A stretch of 64,000 nucleotides of DNA from Sphyrna mokarran. Lineage: Eukaryota. Shown here piece by piece: positions 24,501 through 38,251 of this stretch. The DNA lies in contig JAGIQG010000012.1 in assembly GCA_024679065.1 (NCBI GenBank), positions 49,600,001 through 49,664,000 on the forward strand, in the 5' to 3' direction. Below the pieces are notes generated by a model. That model ran no database searches, was not told the origin of the DNA, and was given only the letters and a program-made list of their open reading frames with translations. A program made the position numbers and the translations under genes. Numbering within the stretch: position 1 is the stretch's first letter; the number at the start of each line of letters is the position of its first letter.

Positions 24501-25044
24501 TGTAAAGAATATGTGGATGCAACTTTTCAAATTTGGATTGATTCTGCATGGTGCACTCAAATTAAACTTTAAATCAGATATCTAGGAGTTGGAAACTGGT
24601 CTGTATTGAGCCCATTCTTCAGAAATAAAATGGACTTGAATACTACCAATTTAGCAGTGACATGGATTACACCCAATCTGAGCAGACATTGGTCTCACTG
24701 CCAAACTCCTGGGGCTCGGAATTTGAGGGAACAAGGTTTTAAATGTTTGTTCTTTTGAATATTGAAACTAGAGGTCTGAACCTTGTGAAAGAACTTCAAC
24801 AAATTTTGCCCCATCTTCAGATCACCTATGACAGCATTAAATGTTTTTTTTTCAAGAAGCCACAAGAGTCGTCATCAGTTTTCCATTCTCCCCTTCCGAC
24901 CATATCTTCCCTCGTTGCTGTGGCACTTGCATGAGGAAGGCTGCCAGCCAGGCATGCCTATTCGTGATTGATGACTTCAATTGGGCAAGTGCTTGCCAGG
25001 GCACAACCCGGTTATTCAGGAGAAATTGGGTTACTAATTTCCCT

Positions 25045-25237
25045 AGCAAAAACAGAAAAATGCTGGAAAATTCAGCAGCCCTGACAGTGGTGAAAGAGTA
25101 GAGCCAACGCTTCAAGTCTGGATGACCCATCATCAGAGCTCTGACAAAGGGTCACCTAGACTCAACATTGGCTCTACTCTCCACAGATGCTGTCAAACCT
25201 GAGAGTTTTCAGCATTTTCTGTTTTTTGTCTCTTATC
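25045..25237. mobile_element. Palindromic Penelope-like (MER6-like) fold-back element with two degenerate hammerhead motifs and a 14-bp TSD
   Basis: Imperfect palindrome centred on AGCT at 25137-25140. TTACTAATTTCCCT occurs at 25031-25044 and 25238-25251. Confidence 0.75.
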
Positions 25238-25559
25238 TTACTAATTTCCCTGGCCTGTTGCTTGAAGCACATGGAGTCTGGATTCAAAAATGGGAAACTT
25301 GACTCATTTCTATTACCCCTTTGATATTTTGTTACAAAAATATATTGTATTAGGATTGTAATTGCTGTAGTAATGATTTTCTGTGGACAGTTAATTTTAC
25401 TTTGCCAGAACAGATGGGATTGTAAAGGAGGTAATGACAGTAAAGATTAGTATCAGAAACTGGAGATGGGAGTCACTGTCCTAGATGCAAACTCAATTAA
25501 AGTTGTTAAAAGAGCAGTAGATAATTAATGATATGGGAACTAGAGAATTGGGACTTTTT

Positions 25560-26480
25560 TTATTCTTAAGACATTCACATCACTGGCCAGCCAGCATTTA
25601 TTGTCTATCCCTAATTACCCAAATTTCTGTGGTTCTGGAGTCGCATGTATGCCAGACCAGGTAAGGACAGCAGATTTCCTTAAGGACATTATTTGATTTG
25701 ATTTATGATTGTCACATGTATTAACAGACAGTGAAAAACATTGTTTCTTGTGTGCTTTATAGACAAAACATACCATCATAGAGAAGGAAATGAGAATGCT
25801 GAATGTAGTGTTACAGTCATAGCTAGGGTGTAGAGAAAGATCAACTTTACACAAGGTAAATCCATTCAAAAATCTGACAGCAGCAGGGAAGAAGCTGTTC
25901 TTGAGTCAGTTGCTATGTGACCTCAGACTTTTGTATCTTTTTTTTTCTGACGGTGGAAGAGATTAATGTCCACTGTCTGTGGGGTCCTTAATTACGCTGG
26001 TTGCTTTGCTAAGGCAGTGGAAAGTGTAGACAGAATCAGTGGATGGAAGGCTGGTGTGCATGATGGATTGGCTACATTGATGATCTTTTGTAGTTCCTTG
26101 CAGTTTTGAACAGAGTAGGAGCCATATTAAGCTGTGATACCACGAGAAAGAATGTTTTCTATGGTGCATCTGTAAAGAATTTGAGTCATAGCTGACATAC
26201 CGAACATAGAACGTTACAGCACATTAGTCTTCTGAGAAAGCAGAGGCATTGGTGGGCTTTCCTAACTATAGTCACCCATTAGTGAACCAGATGGATTTTT
26301 CTGCTGATCGACAATGGTTTTGTGGTCATCAGTAGATTCCTAATTCCAGATATGTATTTTTGTGCAATTTGAATTCAATAATCTGCTGTGGTGGGATTCG
26401 AATCCGGGTCCCCAGAACATCAGCTGAGTTTCTGGTTTAATAGGCTAGTGATAATACCACTCAGCCATCGTCTCCCCATT
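25560..26480 (-). mobile_element. DeuSINE/SacSINE1-like SINE split by a Rex-like LINE fragment (~25690-26275)
   Basis: Host reads ...GCAGATTTCCTTAAGGACATT | insertion | AGTGAACCAGATGG...GGGATTCGAATCCGGGTCCCCAGAACAT (antisense tRNA-like head). Confidence 0.7.
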
Positions 26481-27109
26481 TAAGTGGGAGACAATGGTGT
26501 GAATAGTTTTTCTCCTGTTGCTATGGTGTTGTATAATACTGACTACCCACATGTATACCTGTGGCAATTCCATTCTGGCCACCACAGTATTTTTAGTACA
26601 AAATGCTTTGTGCACAACTTGGAGTGAACCATGTTGAAAACCGATTAATTGAAGCTAGTTTAGTGATTAGTTGTTAAACATGCTCATGAAAGTCAGTTGG
26701 TTGTAAAAATTGGTATCCATTACATAAAATGGTATTGTAAATTGACCTTTTCATGTTAGTAATTGTACCATATTACAAGAGATAATGTTATGGCTATGTA
26801 AGTACTTTTGATGCATTTCAACGTATTGCTGGTTTCACATCTTGAGAGACTAAGTATCCAGACATTCTGCAGAACCTTTTCTACTCAAGTTCTACTTGAA
26901 TGGAGGGACATGGCAAGTGTTGCCCACAGGGGCATGTGCTGGGACCTCAGCTATTCATCATATGTGTTAATGGCTCAATAACACAATATTATATCCAAGT
27001 TTCCCATTGACACAAAATGCATACTGTAGGTGGGAACATAAAATTACAAAGAGATGTTGGTTTAATTTAGCGAATTGGCAAAATGTGGCAGATATAAATG
27101 CAGTTTTTT

Positions 27110-27358
27110 AACTCATTTGTGGGACGTTGGCATCACTGGCTGGCCAGCATTTGTTGCCCTTGAGAAGATGGTGGTGAGCTGCCTTCTTGAATCGTTATAG
27201 TCCATGTGCCATGGGTCAACCCACAATGGGAGGGATTTCCAGGATTTTGACCCAGTGGCTGCAGTGAAATGGCGATTATATTTCCAAGTCGGGAAGGTGA
27301 GTAGTTTGGAGGCGAACTTGCAAATGGTAGTGTTCCCATGTATCTGCTGCCCTTGTAA
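27110..27358 (-). mobile_element. DeuSINE/SacSINE1-like 3' fragment
   Basis: CTGGCTGGCCAGCATTTGTTGCCCTTGAGAAGATGGTGGTGAGCTGCCTTCTTGAATC is shared with other copies in the window. Confidence 0.6.
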
Positions 27359-28269
27359 CTGAAAGAATAGAGCCACATACTTTAAATGGTGAAAAACAAG
27401 AAATAGTGAAAGTTTGAGATTTAGGTATATGCTTCAGGTGCTTAATGACCTATTCCTTCTCCTATGGTTAATTTATGGTAATTCCTTAATACTCCTATTT
27501 TAATTGTTTAGCGGGCTGTCATTTCCTCCTGTTAGTTTTCTATCTTTTTATATTTTGGTTTCATTGCGATTTAATATTTTAATTTAAAAATGAAGATGAA
27601 TAGCTTAAAACATCCTTTGTAAGCCTTTGTGATAAGGACTAAGAGGTGAATGTATTGAGCTAGTATATGGCTGGATTTTAACTGGACTCCAATGCCCTTT
27701 ACATCATTTTGTAAACAGGATTGCTTGGAATAATTTCCCCAGTGAACACTTACGCAATTAATTAGTGAGATTATTAAATTGTTTTTAAATACGTACCTGA
27801 TTTGTGTTTTAACCCTCTGAGAACTATAGCTGCAAAAAAGAAAAATTATGTGGTTAGGTTTTCGAATATATTTTCCTGCCAAGTGCGAATGGATAAAACC
27901 AATAAAAGATTAACAACATCTGGGTTTTATAAATCCAGATAAATAAGCGATAATAGATTTGCACATACCATTTGTTTAGGGCACAAATATGTACCCCATT
28001 ACAAGGAATAAATTTACCAGGATGGTTGATGCTAACAATGGAAAACTATATTTACAAAATGAAGCATAAGATGCTGGGACTACTTCCATCAAAGCAGAAA
28101 AGGCAAAGAGATTGAATTGAGATTTTATTTTGAAGGGCTTCACAAGAGTGAATAGGAAAGATTCTTCTCAGATGGGGAATACATACTATTGGCCTCCAGT
28201 TTCAAATTGAATTAAGAGATGAGGAGAGAGGTTAACAACAAAAGCACTTGCACTCGTTTATTAAATTTA

Positions 28270-29290
28270 CTTAATGCTAAGGCATCAAAAGTGGATGCTG
28301 AAACAAAAGAAGAAAAATTTGGAATACTAACCAAAAACTTGGTCAAAAGAGTGTAATGCAGATTTATTAAGATGTTGGCTCTTATGGGGGGAAAAAAAAT
28401 ACAAACCTGGAGTAAAGTGAGAAGTTACTTTCCTCAGAATAGGGTTATAGATTCTTTAGATAGAGGTGTGTTTAAAAAAAAAAGTAATGGGATTAAGGCA
28501 GGATTAAAAACAGACTGGGGTACATAAGAAACCAAAATTAGGGGTTGGAGAATTTGAGAGGGTTGTGGCATTGGAGAGGTTACATGGGTTAAAAAAGAGA
28601 AACTTTAGAGTGACTTGAACAAAAAGACAAGCATTTTAACTTCAGGCATTGGAGATCCTGCAACAATCATCGCAGATCAGCGAGATGGGCGATCAGGACT
28701 CGATCAGAATAGGATGTGGGCAGCAGAGTTTTGAATGACCTGAATTTGTGGGGAGGATATGGAGTTTGTGGCAGAACAGTTAGCAAGCTGGAATTGCTGT
28801 GTATCTAGGACTGCATGTCAAGTATGCAACCTAATAGCAAGACAGTGGTGAAGTCAATACAGGTAATAAGGAGGTAGAATTGGATGTTCTTTGTATACAT
28901 GTTAAAGCAGACCTATGGAATTGGATGATATTTCAAGGGACAGCAAGCAGGTGAGGAAGAATGAAATGTTGCAGGGATGAGGAGTATTGACAGACACCCT
29001 CTGTGAATTAGATAAGTAACTACACCAAGCAAGGATAGTCACATAAAGCTGGATAACACAGAAGAGATGTTTGAGAATTGTGTGATTGACTGATAAGGTA
29101 GAAGTCTGCAAAGAAGATGAGGAGGAACAAGAAATAATGTAATTCTCAACTTTGGTTAGGGCTGCTTTGATGTGGGAAGAGTGGAAACTTGTTTGAGGGA
29201 TTGAAACTTGGAATTGAGAGAGAGGTCGTCATGGATCTGCAAGGTGACATGATCAAAAACTTTGCAGTGAACCGGGAGGCTAGAGATAAG
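28270..29290 (-). mobile_element. Old L2-like LINE remnant
   Basis: Purine-rich decayed sequence with weak antisense L2-like phrases (e.g. GGCAGCAGAGTTTTGAATGACCTG). Confidence 0.4.
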
Positions 29291-30840
29291 TGTTAAAAGA
29301 AATTTCTTTCTGCAGAGGATTATTGGAGCATGTGAAATGTTTTACCACGGGAGTATGGAAGGCTGAGACCAGCTTTTCACAGCAAACTGGATAAATACTT
29401 GAAGCAAAGAAAGCTACAGGAACAGTACGGGACAGCAGGGTTAGTTTTGGATTACTGCAGCAAAGAACATTTTGGATGTTTGAGTTTAACCATGTCTTTT
29501 GCCTCTCTCTGAATTTGCTGCACCATTTTCACATGAGAGTCACTGTTAATTTCACAGCCAAGTACAGTCTGTTATTTGAAGTGATCAAGTATCATAATTT
29601 GTTGTCATCTGGTTGTCTACTTAGCAAATATTGTGTCTTTTGCTTGAGTACTTCACTCTTAGTGTACGTGTTGATACTTTTGCAGCATGCCATAAACTAT
29701 TCAGCAAACTGTGCTATGAACCAGTCAGAAAAACACATGGCAATTTGCCTGAACTGAAGTTTAAATTGACAACCACAGGAATGGTCTTCACTTAGCAAAA
29801 AACATACCAGCGAAAAGTCACGTGTTTGCCATGTAGCCTGCAGATTACTAAATGCTTTCATTGAAAGCATCAGAGAAATATAAAGTTGCAGAAGCAACTG
29901 CCTTTCTATGTTCTGAAAGCAACTCTGTTACAAGCACTGCATATGTTATATAACACATTTGGGAGCAGTATTATGAATGGTGGATCCTTCCAAATTTGGC
30001 CATTTCCAACAGGCAAATTGAGGACCAATACAGGAATTTGGCAACAGCAGTGTAACTCAGATGTTAGGTTTAATGTAAGTTATAGTGAACTCCCCTGGGT
30101 GGCTTTTATTCAATTTAGAAGTAATAAGATGATGGCAAATCTCCATGGTTACATTATAGTGCAGCATTTCATGTTGTGTATCATGATGCTCAGATGCTGA
30201 AATTTATCGCTGCCCACCCCTCCCAGCTTGATTAATTGGTTTAACCTTTGGAGATCTGGGGTAGAATCGAAACTCAAAGCCAACTTCAAAATATAATGGC
30301 ACGATTAGCCTGTATACTTTGATTAATAGCCAAGAGCTATTCTAAGTTCTGAGAATGAGTCCTATTAGCAGAAAGTTCAACAGTTCTTATTTATCCCCTG
30401 TCTGAGCTGGGTGTACAGAGTGTTGCTGCACTATAAAAGGCAAGTAATAAATTATTTTTTTGGAGCATATTCCAACAGAGAGATGCTGCCCCATTAGTGT
30501 ATGCAATAATATGTGAACCACCATGAAATGTGTTTATGGTTCCTATAATGACCACAATAATGCAGCAGGAAAATAAATTGGCCAGCCCTCCCAAAGACAC
30601 GGAAGGCCAATTTTAACAGGCTCTGCAAAAGGAGAGGATGAAATGGGGGGGATGAAATGGAGGGGGTGGGAAATGGTGCTATTGAGTCTGCAGTGTGCCA
30701 ATGTTTTATTTGGGAGCCAGATGGAACAAAGGATTGAAATGGTTTGGGGATCTTTTATTGAAAGGGCCATTGTTGCAGTCAGTTCATAGAAGCACAAGTG
30801 GATGAATTTATCCACTAACAAATTTGGTGGAAGTAATAAA

Positions 30841-31111
30841 ATCATAGAATCCCTATGATTTGCACTGGCCACAATCCCACCCAGGTCCTTTCCATCTAAC
30901 CCCACATATTTTTCCTGTTAATCTCCCTTGCACTAAGAAGCAATTTATTATGGCCAATCGACCTAACCTGCACAACTTTGGAATGGTGAGAGGAAACGAG
31001 AGTGCCTGGAGGAAACCCACGCAGACAGAGTGTGTGTGGATTTTGTACAGTCACCCGAGGCTGGAATTGAACCTGGCACTGAGGCAGCAGCGCTAACCAC
31101 GGTGCCACCCT
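30841..31111 (-). mobile_element. HE1/V-SINE-like SINE
   Basis: CTGGAATTGAACCTGGCACTGAGGCAGCAGCGCTAACCACGGTGCCACCC is the antisense head; ATCATAGAATC is the tail. Confidence 0.85.
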
Positions 31112-31524
31112 GTCACTGCATATAAATGTGTATACAGGGGCTGAAAAATACAAGTGGGTCAGGGACTGATTCCTCCAGAAGCAAATGCAGTTGGATAAAT
31201 ATTTGAAGTGAAGGTTGATTTAAAAATTGTGCAGAGAAAGCAGGGCAATGCAATTAGTTGTGGATCGCTCTAGCAAAGCACAAGTAGACGAAACACAGTG
31301 CACTGATCAGTCTCCTGTGGCGATGTGCTTTTATAGCTAATGCATCATGCCTCAGTTGAAGAACTATTAGGTTTGTTTGTTATTTGATTTTTTTTTTTGA
31401 ATATTCAATTCCTGACTACTATAATGTGACTTATTTAGTGTAGCACAGTGCAGTTGAAGCACTGTAGTAGTGTTCTGGGACTGTGCAAGTGGCTAACTGT
31501 GTCCTAATTTTTTTCTCTTAAAAG

Positions 31525-31893
31525 GTGGCCACAGCAGTTTCAAACAGCACCACGAGAATCTCTGTGATCACTCTCTACAGCTTCAGGAGTGCCCAGATGC
31601 CGGGGCAGCCTCAGCAATTCCAACACAGCTACCTCAGTCCATCCCCACTACCCCTGACATTGAAAATGCCGAGCTGACCCCCATCCTACCCTTCCTGTTT
31701 CTAGGGAATGAGCAGGATGCTCAGGATATAGAAAAAATGCAGCGGATGAATGTTGGCTATATCATCAACGTAACTACCCACCTGCCTCTTTATCATTACG
31801 AGCAAGGTATCTTCCGTTATAAACGGCTACCTGCCACCGATAGCAACAAGCAGAATCTCAGGCAATACTTCGAAGAGGCCTTTGAATTCATTG
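31525..31893 (+). CDS. DUSP10: DUSP10 second coding exon (end of rhodanese domain, start of dual-specificity phosphatase domain)
   Basis: Polypyrimidine tract and AG at 31523-31524. Reads (G)[22 protein letters not shown]...[18 protein letters not shown]...[25 protein letters not shown]. Donor G|GTAATG. Phases match both neighbouring exons. Confidence 0.96.
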
Positions 31894-32321
31894 GTAATGT
31901 TCTTTTCAGTATATTCTCTTTCTCGCCCTCTTAAAAACTGAACTATGTTCTGCGTTTCTGTTGACAATTTTTTTTATTACAATGTGCAGTTCAGTGGGTG
32001 GTTTGGAAAGTTTGCAGCTCTTTTTAAAAAAAAAATTATGCATTAGTGCAACATAATTTGCTACCAAAGTAAGTTATAAGCTGTCAGTATTCTGGGAGTA
32101 TAGACTCTTAGCCTGTAAATCTGGAGAATAAATGAACCAAAACATAGTGTAAGTGTGACTCTCAGCCAAAAATCCAATAGTAGTAAATTTGGAATTTCAC
32201 CCCTCCAATCTTTTTCCACCTATATTCAGTTTTCTACTGAATACAGATCCTCAAATCAAATCTTTGGTTTTACTTGAAAGGAAACAATTTCCCTTTTGTA
32301 ATCCAAGCAAGTGGTAAATAT

Positions 32322-32469
32322 CATCAAAAGCTTTGACAAATGGGTCATCTGGACTTGAAACGTCAGCTGTTTTCTCTCCTTTTTGTAAGTGCTGTCAGGC
32401 CTGCTGAGATTTTCCAGCATTTTCTTCTCTTGGTTTCAGATTCCAGCATCTGCAGTAATTTGTTTTTAT
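32322..32469 (+). mobile_element. Penelope-like (MER6-like) fragment with degenerate hammerhead and 14-bp TSD
   Basis: GGGTCATCTGGACTTGAAACGTC is homologous to the 25.1 kb element. CAAGTGGTA(A/G)ATAT occurs at 32308-32321 and 32470-32483. Confidence 0.7.
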
Positions 32470-32539
32470 CAAGTGGTAGATATGTGCTCTGGTTGCTATT
32501 ACTCCTGTAAGCAGTTTGTGTGCCCTACTCTATGGGGCT

Positions 32540-35100
32540 TGACTAACACTGACCTATATCCATTTTGTGGTTGCATATTCTGGAGACGTAGCTTGCTGTA
32601 GTCTTGATTGAATGTAAACCTGCTTCTTGACTTGCTCTGGAGAGCAGATTAAGCAAACACTTGAAGTGAGACCTGGTCCAAATCAACAAGCTGTTATGCT
32701 TCCCAAGTAAGTTATGAATGGGTTTGCTGGGCAGAATTTTCAAACAATAGTCCCAGCTGAAAGGACAGGATCTGTAGCTAACCGGAAACCCTTTAGGAAC
32801 TCTAATGGCCGTGACTCTCTGATAGCACCCAAGAGCAAAAGGAGCAATGCCAGCAGGAGTATCGGCTGCCTTTCCCTCTGTCGCTGCTCCACAGTGCAGA
32901 AACCAACTCCAAGGAGGCAAGGTCCCCAAACATAGCGTCTATAAGTAGGGGATTAGACCTCTCAACATATGTAAACACCAGTGCCTGGAGTGGCTTTCAC
33001 AACAGATTGTTGCAGAGTCCTTCCCAGAGAGTTCACAACAAATTCAAGGGTAGGTGAGTCTGATGACTGTGACCCAGCAAATATATTAAAGGAAGGATTT
33101 CTATTAAAAAGGATCCCGACAGGGGTCAGAGTGACTGTATATTTTATTGATCTCTGCAGCTTCAGCAATCACAAGAATGCAAAGGAGATCCTGGAAAGTG
33201 CCCCGAACACCTTTCCATCCAAAAAAATCTCTTGCATATATGGAAATTTTCTGAAGGCCTGAAGTGAGGTGGAAGAGGCAAGTCTTTCCAACCAAGCAGG
33301 CCTGCATAAGAGAGTCACAAGTAGGAGTATGGTTTTTTCTTGCCTAGACACACTGCACCAGAAGGACCCAAGACCTCCAGGATGGCTAAATGGGTGAATG
33401 GCAAAACACTTCCAGGTGTCAAACCACGCACTAACATTCCTAGCTTTCTCCTGCACAGCACACCTCAGGATAACATACACTATAGCTCCAGTCATTCCCC
33501 TCCCTGCAGATACCTTGCATCTCCAATTGGATAGCAAACTTACTGGATGTAAGCCATCTAGTGATAGGCACCTTTAACAGTCTTAAACAAGATATGTCCA
33601 CCTAGTGCACTGGAAAGAATGCCTTGTTCCTGGACACTGCAGACATTAGCAATAAGCTGCTATGGAAGTCTGAGGAACCAGTACTTATGTCTAGACACTG
33701 TTGGGTGTCTCACTTCCTTGGAGATGGAACTTGTTGTCCATCCCCTTTGCCCTGTGGAGCAGCAGGTGGCACTGGGCACCATTGCTCTTCCTGTTGCTTG
33801 TCCTGTCTCTCAACAGAGGTCCAGGCAATTGCTGCACACATTACGACCATGCTGCAGTGAAATTTGGGATGAAAACTGGGTAATAATTCTCAAAGGTTAG
33901 AAGTTGTACTCGGGAGCAGGTTTTCATTTCTGAGGCTGGAAATGGAAGTTGATCCTATCTATCTATACCTGTTGGTGTCTTTTTGATTTAGCAGAGGCAC
34001 AAATGGCCTGGACTCTGGCCTACTGCTGGAAGCAGGCCATGCAGAGATGGTCTGGTTAAAAGGTCCATTTTCATTCACTCTGATCTATCTGGTTTTGGAG
34101 ATGAGTTGGAGACTTATTTTACAGCACAGCAAAAAATTATTTAGCTGATTGTCATTGACCTGGAATCCCCTTCCCACTCCAAAGCCACCAACACACTATG
34201 GCCAGTACTATAATCGAAGTCTTTGAGGAGATCATAAATCTGTCAAAGCAAACATTATTTGAAAATTCTTACACATCATTATCCTCTAAACAGCTTGTTA
34301 ATCTATCAAAATGAACAAGCTTGCGTTTTCCTCAACACGCCCTGCTGACCAAATCCATTATACCTCTTGCTTGCAATCAAGCTCAGTTATTTGCCATGCT
34401 TTGAAACAGCCAAACAGGTCACTGAGTTGAACTTCAAGGAAAAGTATGTAACTTGTCCTCCACCAAAATCAGCTGATATCATCACTATTGTGTAAGGTCT
34501 AAAATACCCACACCTGCAATAATACAGCAGTGTCAGTACAACAGCAGATGAGCACCCAAGCCATACCTTTATGCATTGAAAACTGCAGGCCAAAGCACAC
34601 TGAAGTATAAACTATACTTCTCTATATAAGCATGTAATTTTACTTTACACGAACAAGATGTCATTGAACCTGACCTTTTGGAACATGGCTAAAACTCTGT
34701 TCGTCTCTCTTCACATACTCCCAGCAAATTGGAGTTTTGTTCTGGCTCTCACACCAGCTGTTATCTGGGGCCAGAGAAGTTGGCAATCAAAGCTGCTACT
34801 GTCCTTCCTATTGAATCAGCTTCATTTTAAAGCTAAACAGGAAAGGGCATTATCACCTCTGTATGGGTGTTTCCTTGAAGCTGTTGGTATGAACTCCCTC
34901 TCTTGATATTGTTCCATCAGCTAATTTATCTAACACAAGAATAGTTTACTTTTATCGTGTGTATAAATTGGGTTGCAACAGTTTCATTCTTGGAGAAGGT
35001 CAAACTTTCTTAAAGCCACGAGGAACAGATGTATCCTCTGGGCTGTACTAGCCTGGCCTTCTCCAGCATCTCAATCTCCCTGAATTGGCTTACCTTGGTG
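32540..35100 (-). mobile_element. Probable decayed DIRS1-type tyrosine-recombinase retrotransposon
   Basis: Antisense peptides WKCFAIHPFSH...ILLLVTLLCRPAW resemble the DIRS methylase-like YAFPP...ILVAPxWP region. LEFLKGFRL and PFSWDYCL resemble the recombinase N-terminal RFLKG and PWDL motifs. The order is as expected, but the region is heavily disrupted and the right boundary is a guess. Confidence 0.45.
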
Positions 35101-36106
35101 CTATTGGGCTGTCTGTACAGTTTTGCCATGCAGAAGTCTACCAAATGGTTCTCCATTTTGATGGGCAACTGGCTGGCATGATGTAAATGAGGCCCAGGAA
35201 TTTAAGTGCCCAGATCAAAAACTGATATATGGCCTGGTTTAATACCCTCCTCTACCCATCCAAAACCTACTTCAGTTAAAATACATTTTATCTTTAAAAG
35301 TAAAAAATAAAATGGACAAAAATTCAGTTCATTTTTGTGACCTGCACAGGTCTATCCTGTTGGATAGAACTTTCAAGTTCTGGTCACTACTGATATGTGA
35401 GACCTCTTGTCACAGGTGAGAATTGGGGCATTGTACCCAGTTGCATAGTATACAATATATTTGAAATTATTTTAAACTTGTTGTACAGTTAATTTTTTTT
35501 GTTGAAAGATTGTGTTGGATACTAAAATGTTTGTTTTATCATCTTTCATTACCATCTTTAATTTTTCATTACCATCTTCCTACAAAGTTTGGATATGCTT
35601 AGAACTGAAAATTGTTAGAAAAAAAACAATGTTTACTACAGGAATGATTAGTTTTGCAGTTAGCCTGTAGCTTTCATACTTTCTGTAGTGTTGCAAATTA
35701 TGGAAAAGATTCTCTGGCTTCTCAGCCATGTTCCCCGTCGGCGCAATGTTTGTTAGTGGCAGGATTCTCTGGTCAACGGGAATTCCCTATAACTTTTTTA
35801 ACTCCAGATGCCATCACCCTGGTGCTTTCTACAAAAGATTTCAGCAGCATCACATTAACCATTTTGATTTTTTTTAAATTTTGACGTATCAGCAGTCACA
35901 ATGTCTTATGGTTTTTAAGTGCAGCTCAATTATAGTTAATTGAAAGTAGTCTTTTACGAGTCGAATGTTTGGCAAGTCCAAATCCCTGGGCAAACACAAT
36001 TGTAAAATTACTGTAGCCAGAGTTGAGGAACTATTGAAGTTAATAGTAGTTGGTCACATTTTTGAAAGATGATTTGTAGTTTGACACAATTTCATATTAA
36101 ATACAG

Positions 36107-36193
36107 AGTAAAGCAGTCTCACATCACCAGATTAAAGTCCAACAGCTTTATTTGGAATCACAAGCTTTCGGAGCACTGCTCCTTCATACAGAG
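36107..36193 (-). mobile_element. Penelope-like terminal-repeat fragment with disrupted hammerhead
   Basis: Minus strand reads CTGTATGA-A-GGAGC-AGT-GCTCC-GAAAGCTTGTG, with a 1-nt insertion in the CUGANGA core. Confidence 0.7.
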
Positions 36194-36990
36194 TTCCACT
36201 TCAGAGTGTTTGCCATCTGTTGGTGCAAAATGACTGAAATTAAATAATGCTTTAACAGATTTGGTTCCTCAAGAATAATAAATCCTTCAATCTGTCTTTT
36301 ATCCTGCATGTGAATACTCAGGTATTCACTGTCCAAGAGATTGTAGGTTGGGTTGATTTGCAGGGCTTGCCTCACACACTCTTATTGTGCATTTAAAAGT
36401 ATATATTATTTATTCGTTTCTTTAACATTTAACCAAAGCTTACCATTCGAATGATGTTTTGAAACATCAATCTTTCGAAGTCATCTACCATGGAAAATAT
36501 CCTGATATCTAATTATCTCGCTTGTATCAATGGGAAACAATATGGAATAAAGCCTGTATCTGCTGTGTACCACCTATGTAATGTTGCTGCAGGAACTTGC
36601 AATCAATGCAGCAGAAGTGTACAAAGTAATTGCAAGCTCAATAGAAATTTCTGGAAGGCCATATATAAAGCTGGTTTAGGCATCCTGAAGTAATGATCCA
36701 GAAAATTCTTTCTTTTATAGTGTTTGTTGTATTTCCTCTGTTTTTACCAGCTAGCACCTGTGATCATTGCTGTTAGTAACTGGGTGTACAAAACCAGATT
36801 GATTACGTTTATTGTTCTCAGGTGGACTGTTTGATTTATCATTTGTTCAGTCTAACAAATGCCACGCATTATCCAGCACTATTTATGAACCTTTTTTTTA
36901 TTATTAAAAATAGTAAGATTTTACATACTTTGGGTAACCAGAAATCCTAGAATGATGTTGAGCTTTAGATTTGACTTCATTTGTCATTTT

Positions 36991-37299
36991 GGGTGGCATG
37001 GTAGCATAGCTGTTAGCACTGCTGCTTCACACCTCCAGGGACCTGAGTTCGATTCCTAGCTTGTGTCACTGTCTGTGTGGAGTTTGCAGATTCTCCTTGT
37101 GTCTGTGACTTTCGTCCGGGTGCTCCAGTTTCCTCCCACAGTCCAAAGCTGTGCGGGTTAGGTTGATTGGCCCCTTAGAGTCCTGAGATGTGTAAATAGG
37201 TAGGGATTTGGGGGTAGGGCCTAGGTGGGATTGTGGTCGGTGCAGACTCAATGGGCTGAATGGCCTCCTTCTGCACTGTAGCATTTCTATGATTTCTAT
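36991..37299 (+). mobile_element. Full-length HE1/V-SINE-like SINE
   Basis: GGGTGGCATGGTAGCATAGCTGTTAGCACTGCTGC...GAGTTCGATTCC head, V-domain TGTGTGGAGTTTGCAGATTCTCC, and a CR1-like tail TTTCTATGATTTCTAT. Confidence 0.9.
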
Positions 37300-38251
37300 A
37301 TGTGCTTAACGTATTTCTTTAACTGTAAAATAAATGCATCCTAATTGGTTCAGTGCGTGCACATATACTAGAAGTTCCTTGTTCAGGCCTTTTAGAAATT
37401 GTTTTGCACATCTATTGAGCCATACTTAAAGTTTGGGGTGTTAACTTGTTTAGAACTGAGGAATAAATGATTTGGAGCCATATTTTGAATTCTGAGACTT
37501 TTGTGAAGAGGATTGAAAACACATTTGGCCAATTATTTTAGACTTCGATCGGGTGAAGTTCGCAAAATTCCACCCAAGACCAACAGAATTCAGAATCTGA
37601 AAGCCACGCCTGCCCCAATTTTATGGGGTGAACGTGGTGGTAAAATTCTAGTCATATCTTGCTGGTTAAAGACCTTGTTGAAAGCCAACCAGGCTATTTA
37701 TAGTGAATATGTTGCAAAATCTCAATGAGGATTCCACTGTGCATTTTTTTGAACTGGTGCGTTTTTATATGGCAATGTGTTTGTGACAATACTGTTCATA
37801 TTTTACTTGTTGCCTGTTCAAAAATCGTTTTCATCCATATTTCTTCTCTTGGTACATTCAGTTTCTGGAACCTTGAACCAAAGTTCCACATGATAAATTT
37901 CTAATTAAACCAAAAGCTACAGGAATTCAAAGTTGAATAGTAATAGGAGCCAGTTAGAATAGGAAATTGACAGCCCTTATCAGATGAGTAAGTCAGTGTG
38001 GGAAGTTCTGTTTGGAGTCCCACAAGGGCTTGTGTTCAAATTACTGTTGTTTCAGATTTGGAAAAATGGTCCAAAGGGCATGTCTAAATTGCACATATGC
38101 TGATGAAATAAGAATGGGATGGGCAGTAAAAACATCCATTTGCAAAATAATTCAGATCATTAAATGGATAAATGGAAAAAGAAATTTAAGACTAAAATTT
38201 AGAGTGTGTATAAGTATATAATATGAAGGCAAAAATAGCAGAGTTGGTATG

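Noticed and set aside
31737-31934. Separate 65-aa gene
   Set aside because: Internal Met of the DUSP10 exon reading through into the intron.
36991-37060. tRNA gene
   Set aside because: A/B boxes continue into the SINE body. The same applies to the other SINE heads.
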